64,000 nucleotides of DNA from Deltaproteobacteria bacterium CG11_big_fil_rev_8_21_14_0_20_45_16 (GCA_002787535.1 PCXB01000050.1:77836-141835); one strand, 5' to 3'; positions 1 through 10,551 are shown, numbered from the stretch's first letter. Notes: generated from the letters alone by a model not told the origin. Program-made: numbers and translations.

Positions 1-13
1 ACCAATTATTGCC

Positions 14-1195
14 TTGGAGGGCTCGGATCGAATCTTGGTTCAGCTTCCTGGAGTCAGTGACCCGGCTAGAGCGATTCAATTAATTGGTAAAACAGCACTG
101 TTGGAATATAAAATTGTTGATGAGAAATTGACGCCATCTCAAATTGAAGCCTTGGTTGAAGAAGTTCGCGCAAAGGTTGGATTTACAAATAATTTCACCC
201 AAAGTCAGTTGGCCGCGCTCAATCAAGCCTTGAAAGCAAAGTTGCCGGAAGGCTCGGAAATTTCTTTTGAGAAGAAAACAGATCCTCGCTCGAGAACGAC
301 GAATATTGAACCCTATCTTTTGCAGGCAAAGATCGTTTTGACGGGCCAGGCACTTGAAGATGCTCGCGTGACGACTAATCAGACGAACAATCAGCCACAG
401 GTCTCCTTGAAGTTTAACAAACAGGGGGCGGAAGAGTTTGAAAAAATTACCGAGGATAATGTGGACAAGCGACTGGCGATCTTAATGGACGGTGTGGTTA
501 TTTCGGCACCCGTGATTCGTGAAAAAATCCCGGCTCTTTCTCGAGGGGCTACCATTAGTTTAGGTCAGGGCAATCACCAGCAGTTAGTATCCGAGGCTCG
601 AGACTTGGCGCTGGTATTAAGGTCGGGCGCGCTTCCTGCCCCGGTTGAAGTCTTGGAAAATCGAACGGTAGGCGCAAGTTTGGGTGCCGATAGTATTCAG
701 AAAGGTAAATTATCGGGTCTCATCGCAGCCTTGGCTGTCGTTATCTTTATGCTTATTTACTATCGCGCCGGTGGGCTTATTGCAGATATTGCGGTGAGCA
801 TTAATATATTAATGCTTCTGGCAGTGATGGCTTTGTTCCAGGCGACGCTTACGCTGCCAGGTATTGCTGGAATTGTTTTGACCATAGGTATGGCTGTTGA
901 TGCCAATGTTATTATTTTGGAACGGATTCGTGAGGAGCTGCGCAGCGGTAACAAAAAGTTTAGGGCGGCCTTGGAGACAGGTTACGAAGCTGCTCATAAA
1001 GCGATTTTAGACTCCAATTTAACTACGGTCATTGCGGGTATTGTTTTGTTCAACTTTGGATCGGGTCCCGTTAAAGGCTTTGCCGTCACTCTTTTGATTG
1101 GTGTGATCTGTAATTATATATGTGCATTTTGGTTTTCGCGATGGATAAGTGAATATCTTCTCGATCGAACCAATATAAAAGAAATCTCAATATAA
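14..1195 (+). CDS. secD: Protein translocase subunit SecD (5' end lies outside the window)
   Basis: Motifs RILVQLPG, LALVLRSGALPAP, TLTLPGIAGIVLTIGMAVDANV and GPVKGFAVTL; followed by secF. Confidence 0.97.
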   Translation: MEGSDRILVQLPGVSDPARAIQLIGKTALLEYKIVDEKLTPSQIEALVEEVRAKVGFTNNFTQSQLAALNQALKAKLPEGSEISFEKKTDPRSRTTNIEPYLLQAKIVLTGQALEDARVTTNQTNNQPQVSLKFNKQGAEEFEKITEDNVDKRLAILMDGVVISAPVIREKIPALSRGATISLGQGNHQQLVSEARDLALVLRSGALPAPVEVLENRTVGASLGADSIQKGKLSGLIAALAVVIFMLIYYRAGGLIADIAVSINILMLLAVMALFQATLTLPGIAGIVLTIGMAVDANVIILERIREELRSGNKKFRAALETGYEAAHKAILDSNLTTVIAGIVLFNFGSGPVKGFAVTLLIGVICNYICAFWFSRWISEYLLDRTNIKEISI

Positions 1196-1224
1196 GTGCT
1201 ATTGGGGAGTTGTAAGGTGTAAGT

Positions 1225-2418
1225 ATGTTTCAAATCTTTCCCGAAAATCTGCGAATTCCTTTTATGGCCATCAGATGGCCGACGGCGTTTATATCGTTGG
1301 CGGTGGTTGGATTCTCCATTTTTTTGCTGTCGACGAAAGGATTAAATTACGGCGTCGATTTTGCGGGTGGGGCTCAGATGGTCATTCAGTTTAATGAGTC
1401 TGTGGCTGTGGATGAAGAGGCTCTCCGAAAAGCCGTTTCCGACATTGGCTTGACACAGGCCTCCGTGCAGCGATTTGGAACTGATTTTGAGGCGGAAACC
1501 AAAGAATACATAGTTCATTTTTCGGGAGACTTTGCGAGTGAGGAAGTTGTTCAAAAGAAAATTAGTGAAGCCTTGTCGCAATCTGGAACGCCAGCGGCAC
1601 TCGTTCATTTTCGCTTTTCGGGAATGGAAAAGGCCTATTTGAAACTGACTGAGAATCTCCCCGCGAACGAAATTGAAAAACTTCTTCGAACTATTAAATT
1701 TGATCTTCTTCAGATTGATGGAGTAAGCGCCTTTGGCAATTCGGTTGCCAAGGAGTATGAGCTGAGATTTGGAAGTGTGGCCGATATGGTTGCGACGGCT
1801 TTGAATCAAAAATTTAAAACAGATTCTGTTCCTACCGCGCTCACCATTGAAAAGCTGGACTTCGTAGGTGCTAAAGTGGGTAGTGATCTCAAGACCTCTG
1901 CGGTCTTAAGTGTGCTCATTGCTCTAGCCTTAATTTTTCTTTATGTGTTTTTGCGATTTGATTTTGCTTTTGCGCCGGGAGTCGTTATTGCCTTGGCGCA
2001 TGATGTGATCATCACCGCCGGCTTGTTTTCTCTTTTCCAGTTTGAGTTTGATCTAACCACTGTTGCGGCTTTGTTGGCAGTGGCGGGTTATTCCGTAAAT
2101 GATACGATTATTGTCTTTGACCGGATTCGAGAAATGATTGCGGAGTACAAAGGGAAGGACTTGGCTGCGATTATTGATCTAGCCATTAATCAAACCTTAA
2201 ATCGAACAATCATCACCTCAGGCACGACCCTGGCGGCGACCTTAATTTTGTGGGTCTATGGTGGTGCGGTGATACATGGATTTGCCTTTGCTTTAACGGC
2301 AGGGATTTTTGTAGGAACCTATTCGTCTATCTTTGTGGCATCGACACTGTTGTTGTTCTTTCATAAATGGCAAAACCGAACTCAGAAGGATGCCAAGCAT
2401 CGAGTCGCTGCGGCCTAA
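1225..2418 (+). CDS. secF: Protein translocase subunit SecF
   Basis: GLNYGVDFAGG, VGAKVG, ALAHDV, GYSVNDTIIVFDRIRE, RTIITSGTT and GTYSSIFVA; periplasmic domain looks enlarged. Confidence 0.97.
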   Translation: MFQIFPENLRIPFMAIRWPTAFISLAVVGFSIFLLSTKGLNYGVDFAGGAQMVIQFNESVAVDEEALRKAVSDIGLTQASVQRFGTDFEAETKEYIVHFSGDFASEEVVQKKISEALSQSGTPAALVHFRFSGMEKAYLKLTENLPANEIEKLLRTIKFDLLQIDGVSAFGNSVAKEYELRFGSVADMVATALNQKFKTDSVPTALTIEKLDFVGAKVGSDLKTSAVLSVLIALALIFLYVFLRFDFAFAPGVVIALAHDVIITAGLFSLFQFEFDLTTVAALLAVAGYSVNDTIIVFDRIREMIAEYKGKDLAAIIDLAINQTLNRTIITSGTTLAATLILWVYGGAVIHGFAFALTAGIFVGTYSSIFVASTLLLFFHKWQNRTQKDAKHRVAAA

Positions 2419-4211
2419 TGCCTTCTGATTTTTTGCCGGCTTGGCCACCCATTATTCGGCAACTCCTATGGATGAGGGGTTTTCGGGACTCCGCAGAGGC
2501 TGAGCGCTATCTTGAGCCTCGACTGACGGATCTTCCGTTTCCAAACTCCAAAATGAAAGATTTAGATATGGCGCTTCGGACATTGATGGAAGCGAGGGAA
2601 CGAAGGCATCCGGTTATAATTTTTGGCGATTTTGATGTGGATGGAGCGACTTCGACCTCTCTCCTTTTTCAATCCCTTCGCGATTTGGGTTGGGACTGTT
2701 CCTACTTTGTTCCACACCGAATTTCGGAGGGTTATGGGATTACAAAAAAAGCCGCTGAGCGACTTTTGCAGGATTACCCGAAAGTTAAATTGATCGTAAG
2801 TTGTGATTGCGGAGTTTCCTCTCACGAGGGGATTGAATTTTTGCGATCGAAATCCAGAAAAGTGATCGTTACGGATCATCATGAAGTTCCAAGTAAGAGG
2901 GTTAACGCTGATGCTGTTTTAAACCCTAAACAACCTGATTGTTTTTATCCCGACAAGAAGTTGGCAGGAGTGGGTGTCGCCTTCTTACTGGTCATGGCGT
3001 TGAGACGGGCCATTGAAGCGCGAGATTATTCTTTGAGACCTTTGTTAGATCTAGTTGCTTTAGGAACGGTTTGCGATTTGGCAGAGCTTTCGGGTGCCAA
3101 CCGAATTTTGGTAAAGTCCGGCTTGGAGGTTTTGAATCAATTTAATCGCCCTGGCCTGAGAGGAATTAGGAAAGTGGCGGAAATTCAATCAAAAAAACTT
3201 AAAGCCAAAGATTTAGGTTTTTTGCTGGGTCCTCGACTAAATGCGGTTGGGCGCGTCGGGGACCCTCGCTTAGGAATCGACTGTTTGCTTTCGTCCTCGG
3301 ATCATGAAGCGGAGAGTTTGGCGGAGAAGCTAGAAGCGCATAACAATCGTCGGCGACAGATGCAGGAAACTCAGACAGAGCTGGCATTGGAGCTTGCCGA
3401 GGAAAGTATAAGGGATTTGCCGACTCGAGCGGCCTTAGTCGTCAAGCATGCTGATTTTCATTTGGGCATTGTTGGATTGATTGCCTCCCGTATTGCCGAA
3501 AAATTTAAGAGGCCAGCTTGTGTTTTGACAGATCTCAATGATGAGCATGCTCTTGTAAATTTTGGAGTCCTGGAGCCACGTGACCGCCCATTAATCTGGA
3601 AGGGTTCGCTTCGAGCTCCGAAGCCTTATCATCTCGCCAAAGCACTTTCTAGAACCAATGATTTAATGGGATCTCGTTTATTAAGTTTTGGGGGGCATGC
3701 GCAGGCTGCTGGAGTTTCGATTCGAGAAGAGGATCTTAAGGTATTTGAAGGAGCGTTTTTAGGAGCGGTAGCGGCTCAAAAAACAATGAATTTATCTGAG
3801 GATTATGAGTTGGAGTTGAACTCATTGGAAGGGCTCGATGAAATGCTGGAGCTTTTAGAGCCGATTGGACAGGCCAATCCTGCACCTCGATTTTTGCTGC
3901 GCGGCTTTCAATTGCGGGAAGTTCGTATTATGAAAGAGCTTCATCTTAAGCTGTTGGGGAGCTTTAAAGGCCGAAATTGGAGTGTTTTGCAATTTAGGAG
4001 CCCTTGGGTTACGATGATGTCGAATTTGGATCTCCAGAGTGGAGGGGCAATTGAACTGAATATAGTTGCCGAGCTTTATGAGAATGTTTGGAATTCACGA
4101 ACATCTCTCGAGTTCGAGTTGAAGGATATTCAGGGCATGGAAGAGGATGGTAGGTCGATTTATGAATTTAAAAAGTCAGCGAATGAAATCAGCGCGGGGC
4201 CGATCGCTTGA
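2418..4211 (+). CDS. recJ: Single-stranded DNA exonuclease RecJ
   Basis: DHH-family motifs FGDFDVDGATS, VTDHH, LAGVGVAF, LGTVCDL, GPRLNAVGR and FGGHAQAAG. Start placed at the ATG overlapping the secF stop (TAATG). Confidence 0.93.
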   Translation: MPSDFLPAWPPIIRQLLWMRGFRDSAEAERYLEPRLTDLPFPNSKMKDLDMALRTLMEARERRHPVIIFGDFDVDGATSTSLLFQSLRDLGWDCSYFVPHRISEGYGITKKAAERLLQDYPKVKLIVSCDCGVSSHEGIEFLRSKSRKVIVTDHHEVPSKRVNADAVLNPKQPDCFYPDKKLAGVGVAFLLVMALRRAIEARDYSLRPLLDLVALGTVCDLAELSGANRILVKSGLEVLNQFNRPGLRGIRKVAEIQSKKLKAKDLGFLLGPRLNAVGRVGDPRLGIDCLLSSSDHEAESLAEKLEAHNNRRRQMQETQTELALELAEESIRDLPTRAALVVKHADFHLGIVGLIASRIAEKFKRPACVLTDLNDEHALVNFGVLEPRDRPLIWKGSLRAPKPYHLAKALSRTNDLMGSRLLSFGGHAQAAGVSIREEDLKVFEGAFLGAVAAQKTMNLSEDYELELNSLEGLDEMLELLEPIGQANPAPRFLLRGFQLREVRIMKELHLKLLGSFKGRNWSVLQFRSPWVTMMSNLDLQSGGAIELNIVAELYENVWNSRTSLEFELKDIQGMEEDGRSIYEFKKSANEISAGPIA

Positions 4212-4530
4212 AAAGAGAAAAGAACCTCGGATTCCTATTCAATTGAAGGTCGACGTTGAATCGCCAAATGAGCACTACCTTTTTGAATATTCTTCTAACC
4301 TTTCTCAAAACGGGATCTTTATTCAAAGTACCGATCCGCTTCCAGCGGGAACCTTAGTCAATATTCAATTCTCTTTACCGGAGGCACCGCTGATTCGCAC
4401 CCGGGGCGAAGTAATTTGGGTGAATGAGGATGAAGAGGAAGAGCCCGGTATGGGTGTTAAGTTTATTGGACTTAAGGAAAATGAGCGTGAAATGATTTTG
4501 AATTGTCTTAAGAAGTTGGCCATTCTATAG
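4147..4530 (+). CDS. Stand-alone PilZ-domain protein (TIGR02266-like)
   Basis: RKEPR (RxxxR), NLSQNGIF (NxSxxG), GEVIWV and PGMGVKF. True start may be ATG 4162; overlaps the recJ 3' end. Confidence 0.88.
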   Translation: MVGRFMNLKSQRMKSARGRSLEKRKEPRIPIQLKVDVESPNEHYLFEYSSNLSQNGIFIQSTDPLPAGTLVNIQFSLPEAPLIRTRGEVIWVNEDEEEEPGMGVKFIGLKENEREMILNCLKKLAIL

Positions 4531-4537
4531 AGGGAGC

Positions 4538-4912
4538 ATGATGAGACGATACAGTAAGTTAATGTGTTTAAGCGCTTTGCTTGGCTTGGCGAGTTTTTGT
4601 TCGCTAGCTCAGGAGGATAAAGTCATCGTGCTTGAAAAGGAAATCCATGAAAAACCGGAAAAGTCTGGAGTTTTTGTGGAATCGGGTTCCGATATCATTG
4701 TTGGTGAACCTCAAGAAAATGTGAAAGCCGCTTATCGAACTTGGCAAACCGCCTGTGACAATTGGAAGCGGGAATTGAAGGCTCAGAATTCAAGGAATCT
4801 CATGATTGCAAGTTGTGGTTCACCGAAACAACGAGTTGAAAAGGTTCAGCTTACGAGTTTAATCATCTTTGAATCTCAATCGACTTATAAGATTAAAGTG
4901 GGATGTGAATAA
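4538..4912 (+). CDS. Hypothetical secreted protein
   Basis: SD-like GAGGGAG; N-terminal signal peptide ending SLA-Q; cysteines in the mature region; fills the gap between PilZ and rsmH. Confidence 0.75.
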   Translation: MMRRYSKLMCLSALLGLASFCSLAQEDKVIVLEKEIHEKPEKSGVFVESGSDIIVGEPQENVKAAYRTWQTACDNWKRELKAQNSRNLMIASCGSPKQRVEKVQLTSLIIFESQSTYKIKVGCE

Positions 4913-5774
4913 TCATCAGCATCTACCCGTTCTCCAGGATGAAATTCTTCAGTTGTTTTCTTGGAAAGGCCCGATTTCCTCCTATGCCGATTTAACATTA
5001 GGGGGTGGCGGCCACTTGAAGCTCCTTTTAGAGGCCGCGCCCTTGCCTAAAAGAATTATTGCGTTCGATCGGGATTTACAGATTCTCGAGCGGACCCGTT
5101 CGACGCTTTCAAAGCACTTTGCCATCGAATATTTTCATGAGAATTTTGATCAATTTGCCGAAAAGACTTCCGGCCAGTTTGACCGGATCTTTCTGGATCT
5201 TGGGGTCTCATCGTTTCAGTTGGATGATTCGACGAGGGGATTTAGTTTTCAGCGGGATGGTCCGTTGGATATGCGAATGGATCCTTCTCGCGGGCAAAGT
5301 GCTTGGGAGTGGCTCGAATCAGTTGAGGAAAAGGAATTGGCCGATGTCTTATATCGTTTTGGCGAAGAAGGGCGATCACGTGTGCATGCTAGAAAGCTTG
5401 TTCATGAGAGGCAGACCAAGGAAATTCGAACGACCAAAGCCTTCGTTGAAGCCCTTGGCTTTCGATTGGACTCGAAAGACCATCATGGGAAGCACCCGTT
5501 GACGCGTGTTTTCCAGGGAATTCGAATTTTTATCAATGATGAGCTGGGGAGTCTCGAAAGATGCTTAGAAAGTCTTCCTCAAAAACTTGCGCCTGGAGGG
5601 CGACTAGCCATAATTAGCTTTCACAGTTTGGAGGATCGTGCTGTAAAATGGTCGTTAAGGGGGAAGTTGGCAGCCGTGAACAAGAAAGTAATTCAAGCCA
5701 ATAAAAAAGAGATGGCCGATAATCCGAGAGCTCGCTCGGCGAAGCTCAGAATTTATGAAAAGAACGAAGCATGA
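4905..5774 (+). CDS. rsmH: 16S rRNA m4C1402 methyltransferase RsmH (MraW)
   Basis: HLPVL, DLTLGGGGH, DLGVSSFQLD, RGFSF, GPLDMRMD, ISFHSLEDR and NPRARSAKLR. GTG 4905 is the likely start. Confidence 0.96.
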   Translation: MNNHQHLPVLQDEILQLFSWKGPISSYADLTLGGGGHLKLLLEAAPLPKRIIAFDRDLQILERTRSTLSKHFAIEYFHENFDQFAEKTSGQFDRIFLDLGVSSFQLDDSTRGFSFQRDGPLDMRMDPSRGQSAWEWLESVEEKELADVLYRFGEEGRSRVHARKLVHERQTKEIRTTKAFVEALGFRLDSKDHHGKHPLTRVFQGIRIFINDELGSLERCLESLPQKLAPGGRLAIISFHSLEDRAVKWSLRGKLAAVNKKVIQANKKEMADNPRARSAKLRIYEKNEA

Positions 5775-6013
5775 AGAGCTTTTTGCTGGCTACTCTCGTA
5801 AGTGTTCTTTTATTTAGCTTATCGATGATTGCCATTCGCTTGCACCTCACGCAACTGGCCTATACTTTTGATGAATTGAAAGAATATGAACGCTCCCTAA
5901 AAGAGGAGCAGTTGCGTATGCGAGCTCAGTTGGCCCAAAAGCTTTCACCTCACCATCTTTACCTAGATGGCTTTCAAGAGCCTAGATCAGATCAGGTAAG
6001 AGTGATTCCATGA
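5771..6013 (+). CDS. ftsL: Probable cell division protein FtsL
   Basis: 80 aa; one TM helix followed by a coiled coil; sits between rsmH and ftsI with ATGA overlaps on both sides. Confidence 0.7.
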   Translation: MKSFLLATLVSVLLFSLSMIAIRLHLTQLAYTFDELKEYERSLKEEQLRMRAQLAQKLSPHHLYLDGFQEPRSDQVRVIP

Positions 6014-7917
6014 ATCGACCTCGTTTTCGAGCCTTAATTTTGTTCTGGGTTTTATTTTTGGGTTTTGTTTTGGTGCTGGGTCGTACGGTGCAAATCCAGC
6101 TTAAGCCTCATCCTCGACTAGTTGAGATAGCGGCAAATAAATCTAAGTGGAATGAAAGTAGATCCGGCAAAGTCTTGCTCAAAAGTCGCGGGTCCATTCT
6201 TGACCGAAACTTAAACGAAATGGCGCTATCATTGATTTCAAAAAGTTTTTTTGCGAATCCAAAATTAATAGATAAGCCCTCATCGGTAGCTTATAAATTG
6301 GGTCGGATTTTGGGAGAGCCGACTTCCAAGATTCAGAAGCTTTTGTCGGAAGATCGCTACTTTGTTTGGTTAAAGCGAGAGGTCGATGAGACGACAGCCC
6401 GAAAAATCGAAAATTTGTCCATTCCCGGGATTCATTGGAATAAGGAGAGTCGTCGAATTTATCCTCACGGGGATTTGGCAAAAAGTGTGATCGGTGTTTC
6501 AGGGCGCGATGGATCGGGTTTGGAGGGTGTCGAGAAGGCTTATGATAATTGGCTGATGGTTTCTGACGAAGCAAGATCCCTTGGAGTCCGGGATGCACTT
6601 GGAAGGATGTTGTTGTTTCGAGATTTCGATCGACAGTGGTTCGAGGGCAATGATGTTGTTTTAACCTTGGATGTGAGACTGCAAAAGGTCATGGAAGAAG
6701 AACTCAAATCTGTTGTCAAAGAAAAGAAAGCCTTACAGGCCATAGGCATCATGATGGATCCCACCAATGGTGAAATACTGGCCATGTCTAGTATCGATGG
6801 GGGTCCGAATGGTGGAGAGCCGCGTTCTAGTCTTCGTAATCGAGCGGTTACGGACGTTTATGAGCCTGGTAGCACCTTCAAAATTATAACGGCGATGGCA
6901 GCCTTAGACCGTCTTCATCTATCTCCCAATAGCCAGATTTATGCGGAAAACGGTTTGCTAACAGTAGGTCCGAACAAGATTCGAGAATATAATCACAAAA
7001 AATATGGATGGCTGACATTGAAAGAGATGGTCACGTTTTCATCGAATATTTCTGCAGCCAAACTTGCTTTAAAAATGGGGCCGGATAATCTCTTTAAATA
7101 TATTGAAAATTTTGGATTTAAGGACCGAACGGGAATTGACCTGCCGGGAGAGGCTAGATCCTTGGTTCGATCACCGAATGAATGGAAACCAATTGATTTA
7201 GCCAATATAGCTTTTGGTCAAGGAATTGCGGTGACACCTTTGCAAATGACTCGAGCTGTGGCGAGTGTTGCCAATGGGGGCTATCTTATTGAACCTCATA
7301 TTGTGAGTTACGTTCAAAGTTCAGATGAAAAAAAAGAAAGGCTCTATCAATATGAAGCCAAGAGGATCGAGATATGGCGGCCTGAATTCGTGCGGCAGTT
7401 GAGAGATATGATGTTGAGTGTTACTCAAGAGCATGGGACCGGAATGGCCGCAGCGATTTCAGGTTTTGAGGTGGCGGGTAAGACGGGAACGGCTCAAAAG
7501 CTTAAAGAGATCGAATTGGCATCGGGACGAAAAGTTAAGTCGTATTCCGAGAAGGCAGCTATGGCGAGTTTCATTGGATTTGTCCCCGCTCAAGAACCGC
7601 GCTTCGTTCTTTATGTGATGGTGGATGAGGCACAAGGGGTGTCTTCCGGTGGTAGTGTGGCGGCTCCGACATTTCGAAAGATCGCAGGTCGGGCCTTAGG
7701 GATTTTGGGAGCCAAACCAGGCATCTTGAAGGTTCGTAAGGCACATTCTGTATCTCGCGTGGACGATAGTAAATTCATTGGCAAAAGCTTCCAGGATGTT
7801 TTGAGTGAAATTCGTCAATGGGCACCCGAGGAGCAAAAGAAAGTGGAGCTCTTTGGTTATGGCAAAGCCATTCGTGAAGAGGTAGAAGGGGATTCGGTTC
7901 GTATTTACTTCGAATAA
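6010..7917 (+). CDS. ftsI: Peptidoglycan D,D-transpeptidase FtsI/PBP3 with a degenerate C-terminal PASTA-like region
   Basis: RGSILDRN, RRIYPHG, YEPGSTFK (SxxK), SSN (SxN), AFGQG and AGKTGTAQK (KTG); dcw position. Confidence 0.95.
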   Translation: MNRPRFRALILFWVLFLGFVLVLGRTVQIQLKPHPRLVEIAANKSKWNESRSGKVLLKSRGSILDRNLNEMALSLISKSFFANPKLIDKPSSVAYKLGRILGEPTSKIQKLLSEDRYFVWLKREVDETTARKIENLSIPGIHWNKESRRIYPHGDLAKSVIGVSGRDGSGLEGVEKAYDNWLMVSDEARSLGVRDALGRMLLFRDFDRQWFEGNDVVLTLDVRLQKVMEEELKSVVKEKKALQAIGIMMDPTNGEILAMSSIDGGPNGGEPRSSLRNRAVTDVYEPGSTFKIITAMAALDRLHLSPNSQIYAENGLLTVGPNKIREYNHKKYGWLTLKEMVTFSSNISAAKLALKMGPDNLFKYIENFGFKDRTGIDLPGEARSLVRSPNEWKPIDLANIAFGQGIAVTPLQMTRAVASVANGGYLIEPHIVSYVQSSDEKKERLYQYEAKRIEIWRPEFVRQLRDMMLSVTQEHGTGMAAAISGFEVAGKTGTAQKLKEIELASGRKVKSYSEKAAMASFIGFVPAQEPRFVLYVMVDEAQGVSSGGSVAAPTFRKIAGRALGILGAKPGILKVRKAHSVSRVDDSKFIGKSFQDVLSEIRQWAPEEQKKVELFGYGKAIREEVEGDSVRIYFE

Positions 7918-7939
7918 TTATTACGACGAGGCGAGTATC

Positions 7940-9463
7940 ATGACCGGGACTATCAAAAATTGGGCTTCGGTACTTAAACAAAAGAATCTTTGGCTATCGG
8001 GAGAGCTTCCGTCGGATTGCTTAATTAGTACTTTAAGTGCCGACTCACGTGAATTGCTGAATCAAGATACGAATAAGTCTGTTCTTTTTTTTGCGCGAAG
8101 AGGACGTAACGCCGATGGGCATCGATTTCTTGAGGAACTCAATAAATTGGAATCCATTGCCGGTTTTGTGTTGGAAGAGATTCCGAAAGGGATTGATTTC
8201 AAAAAACCGGTAATCCATGTTCGAGACTCTACGGCAGCCATGGCATGGGCTTGCAAAGAATTCTATGAGAATCCTAGTCGGCAACTTTTCTGTACGGCCA
8301 TTACTGGCACTAATGGTAAAACAACTACCTCTTATCTGGTGCAGCGCGCGCTCAATGCCTCAGGTTATCGAACGGCGGTCAACGGAACCATTCAGACGGA
8401 GTTTGAAGGAAAGATTTGGGAAAGCCAGCTGACGACTCCAGATTTTAGTGTTTTGCAGAAAAGAATGCGGGAACTTTTGCAAACTGGCGCGAGTGCCTTT
8501 AGTTTTGAGGCGAGTTCTCATGCGCTTGATCAAGGACGTTTGATGGGAATAGATTTAGACGCCGCGGTTTTTACGAATCTCTCTCCGGAACATTTGGATT
8601 ATCATCGAGATATGGAATCTTATTATGCAGCGAAGAAGATTCTTTTTGAAGACTTGTTGTTACACTCCCCAAAGGCGTTTCGAGTCGCCATTGTTCCCGA
8701 TGATAACGCCTATGGATCTAAGTTGTTAGATGATCTCAAGGCGTATTCTGGAATTGATGTTCATAGTTGGGGTTATCGTCCCCTCGATTCATCTTCTCAT
8801 CTGTGGATCAAGAATTGGAAAACAGGGCTCGATGGCTCTGCGTTTAGCATTGAGTATGCGGGAAAGGCATTTGATCTTCGATCTAAGCTTATTGGGCGAT
8901 ACAATATCGATAATCTCGCCGGTGTATTAAGTTTGGCCTTGGCTTTTAAATTAGATTTTTCGAAAGTTTGCCAAAGTTTGGAGAGTTTTGATGGCGTCAG
9001 GGGGCGACTCGAGCCCGTCGCGACAAGTTCAGGTTTCCATATTTTCGTGGATTACGCCCATACGCCGGACGCCTTGGAAAATGTTTTATTGACATTGAGA
9101 CCTTTAACTAAAGGGCGTCTAAAGGTGGTTTTTGGCTGCGGAGGGGATCGTGATCGAGAGAAGCGTCCCAAAATGGGCCAAGTGGCCGAACTCTACGCGG
9201 ACGAAATTTTTGTGACGTCGGACAATCCACGGACAGAAGACCCAGATAAGATTATCGAAGAGATTTATGGAGGACTTCAGCGAGTCAAGACCTGCGTTGT
9301 AGAAAGTGATCGGCATAAGGCTATTGGATTGAGTTTGAGCGAGCTACAATCCGAAGATGTTGTTCTGATTGCAGGCAAGGGTCATGAGAATTATCAGATT
9401 CTTGGTGAAAAAAGGCTGGAGTTTGACGATAGGAAAGTGGTGCAATCCTACTTAGGGAGTTAG
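7940..9463 (+). CDS. murE: UDP-MurNAc-tripeptide synthetase MurE (meso-DAP type)
   Basis: ITGTNGKTT, LTTPD, EASSHAL, VDYAHTPDAL, VFGCGGDRD, SDNPR (DNPR is the DAP-specificity motif) and IAGKGHE. Confidence 0.97.
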   Translation: MTGTIKNWASVLKQKNLWLSGELPSDCLISTLSADSRELLNQDTNKSVLFFARRGRNADGHRFLEELNKLESIAGFVLEEIPKGIDFKKPVIHVRDSTAAMAWACKEFYENPSRQLFCTAITGTNGKTTTSYLVQRALNASGYRTAVNGTIQTEFEGKIWESQLTTPDFSVLQKRMRELLQTGASAFSFEASSHALDQGRLMGIDLDAAVFTNLSPEHLDYHRDMESYYAAKKILFEDLLLHSPKAFRVAIVPDDNAYGSKLLDDLKAYSGIDVHSWGYRPLDSSSHLWIKNWKTGLDGSAFSIEYAGKAFDLRSKLIGRYNIDNLAGVLSLALAFKLDFSKVCQSLESFDGVRGRLEPVATSSGFHIFVDYAHTPDALENVLLTLRPLTKGRLKVVFGCGGDRDREKRPKMGQVAELYADEIFVTSDNPRTEDPDKIIEEIYGGLQRVKTCVVESDRHKAIGLSLSELQSEDVVLIAGKGHENYQILGEKRLEFDDRKVVQSYLGS

Positions 9464-9468
9464 CACTT

Positions 9469-10545
9469 TTGATTCTATATTTTCTTCAAAATTATTTCCC
9501 TGAACATCTTTTTACTAACCTATTTCGATATATAAGTTTTCGCGCCTTTGCGGCCGCTTTGTTTTCGTTTTTGTTTGTTACTTATTTTATGCCTAAATTT
9601 ATCAGGTATTTTCGTCGCGAGGCGCTGGGGCAAGTGGTTCGAGATGATGGGCCACAATCTCATTTTCAAAAGAAGGGTACTCCGACGATGGGCGGGCTTA
9701 TAATATTATGGGCCGGAACTTTGGTTGGAGTTATCTTCTGTCGGGTGGATCAAGCTCAGATCTGGATATTGCTTTTTAGCTTTGTCGCTTCGGGTGCTGT
9801 TGGCTTTTGGGATGACTACTTAAAAATGGCTAAGAAAAACTCAAAGGGTGTGAGTTTTCGAATCAAGATGCTCAGTTTAGCTGCCATAAGTTTAATTGTT
9901 ATTTACTGGGCTACTTCTTCAGGAATTATTCGACCGCTAGTTCAATTGCCATTCTTCAAGAACTTTCAGTTGGATGTTGGAATGTGGTTTTATCTTTGGG
10001 GATTTCTGGTGATTGTGGGAAGTTCCAATGCGGTAAATCTTACGGATGGTTTGGATGGTCTGGCCATTGTACCTGTGATGACAACGGCCTTTGTGCTGAT
10101 GGTGATTAGTTATGTTGCGGGTCACGCTTTATTCTCAAGTTATCTTAGTATTTCGAGTTTGCAGGGTTCTGGTGAAATGGCCGTGTTTTTGGCTGGCATT
10201 ATAGGTTCAGGCTTGGGGTTTCTATGGTTTAATTCTCATCCGGCACAGGTGTTTATGGGGGATGTCGGCTCACTTTCTTTGGGAGCTGTTTTGGGAACTT
10301 CCGCCTTACTCATTCACCAAGAAATTGTCCTCTTTATCAGCGGGTTTCTTTTTGTTATGGAAGCCCTCTCTGTCATAATCCAGGTTTTTGTTTTTAAGTC
10401 GTCGAAGAAAAGAGTCTTTCGAATGGCTCCCTTGCACCATCATTTCGAGTTGGCGGGTTGGCCGGAGCCCAAAGTCATTGTTCGTTTTTGGATTCTTTCG
10501 ATCATCTTTGCCGTTATCGCTTTAACGACGCTTAAGCTTCGCTAA
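9469..10545 (+). CDS. mraY: Phospho-MurNAc-pentapeptide transferase MraY
   Basis: KKGTPTMGG, SNAVNLTDGLDGL, VFMGDVGSL and MAPLHHHFEL. Confidence 0.97.
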   Translation: MILYFLQNYFPEHLFTNLFRYISFRAFAAALFSFLFVTYFMPKFIRYFRREALGQVVRDDGPQSHFQKKGTPTMGGLIILWAGTLVGVIFCRVDQAQIWILLFSFVASGAVGFWDDYLKMAKKNSKGVSFRIKMLSLAAISLIVIYWATSSGIIRPLVQLPFFKNFQLDVGMWFYLWGFLVIVGSSNAVNLTDGLDGLAIVPVMTTAFVLMVISYVAGHALFSSYLSISSLQGSGEMAVFLAGIIGSGLGFLWFNSHPAQVFMGDVGSLSLGAVLGTSALLIHQEIVLFISGFLFVMEALSVIIQVFVFKSSKKRVFRMAPLHHHFELAGWPEPKVIVRFWILSIIFAVIALTTLKLR

Positions 10546-10551
10546 CTCAGA

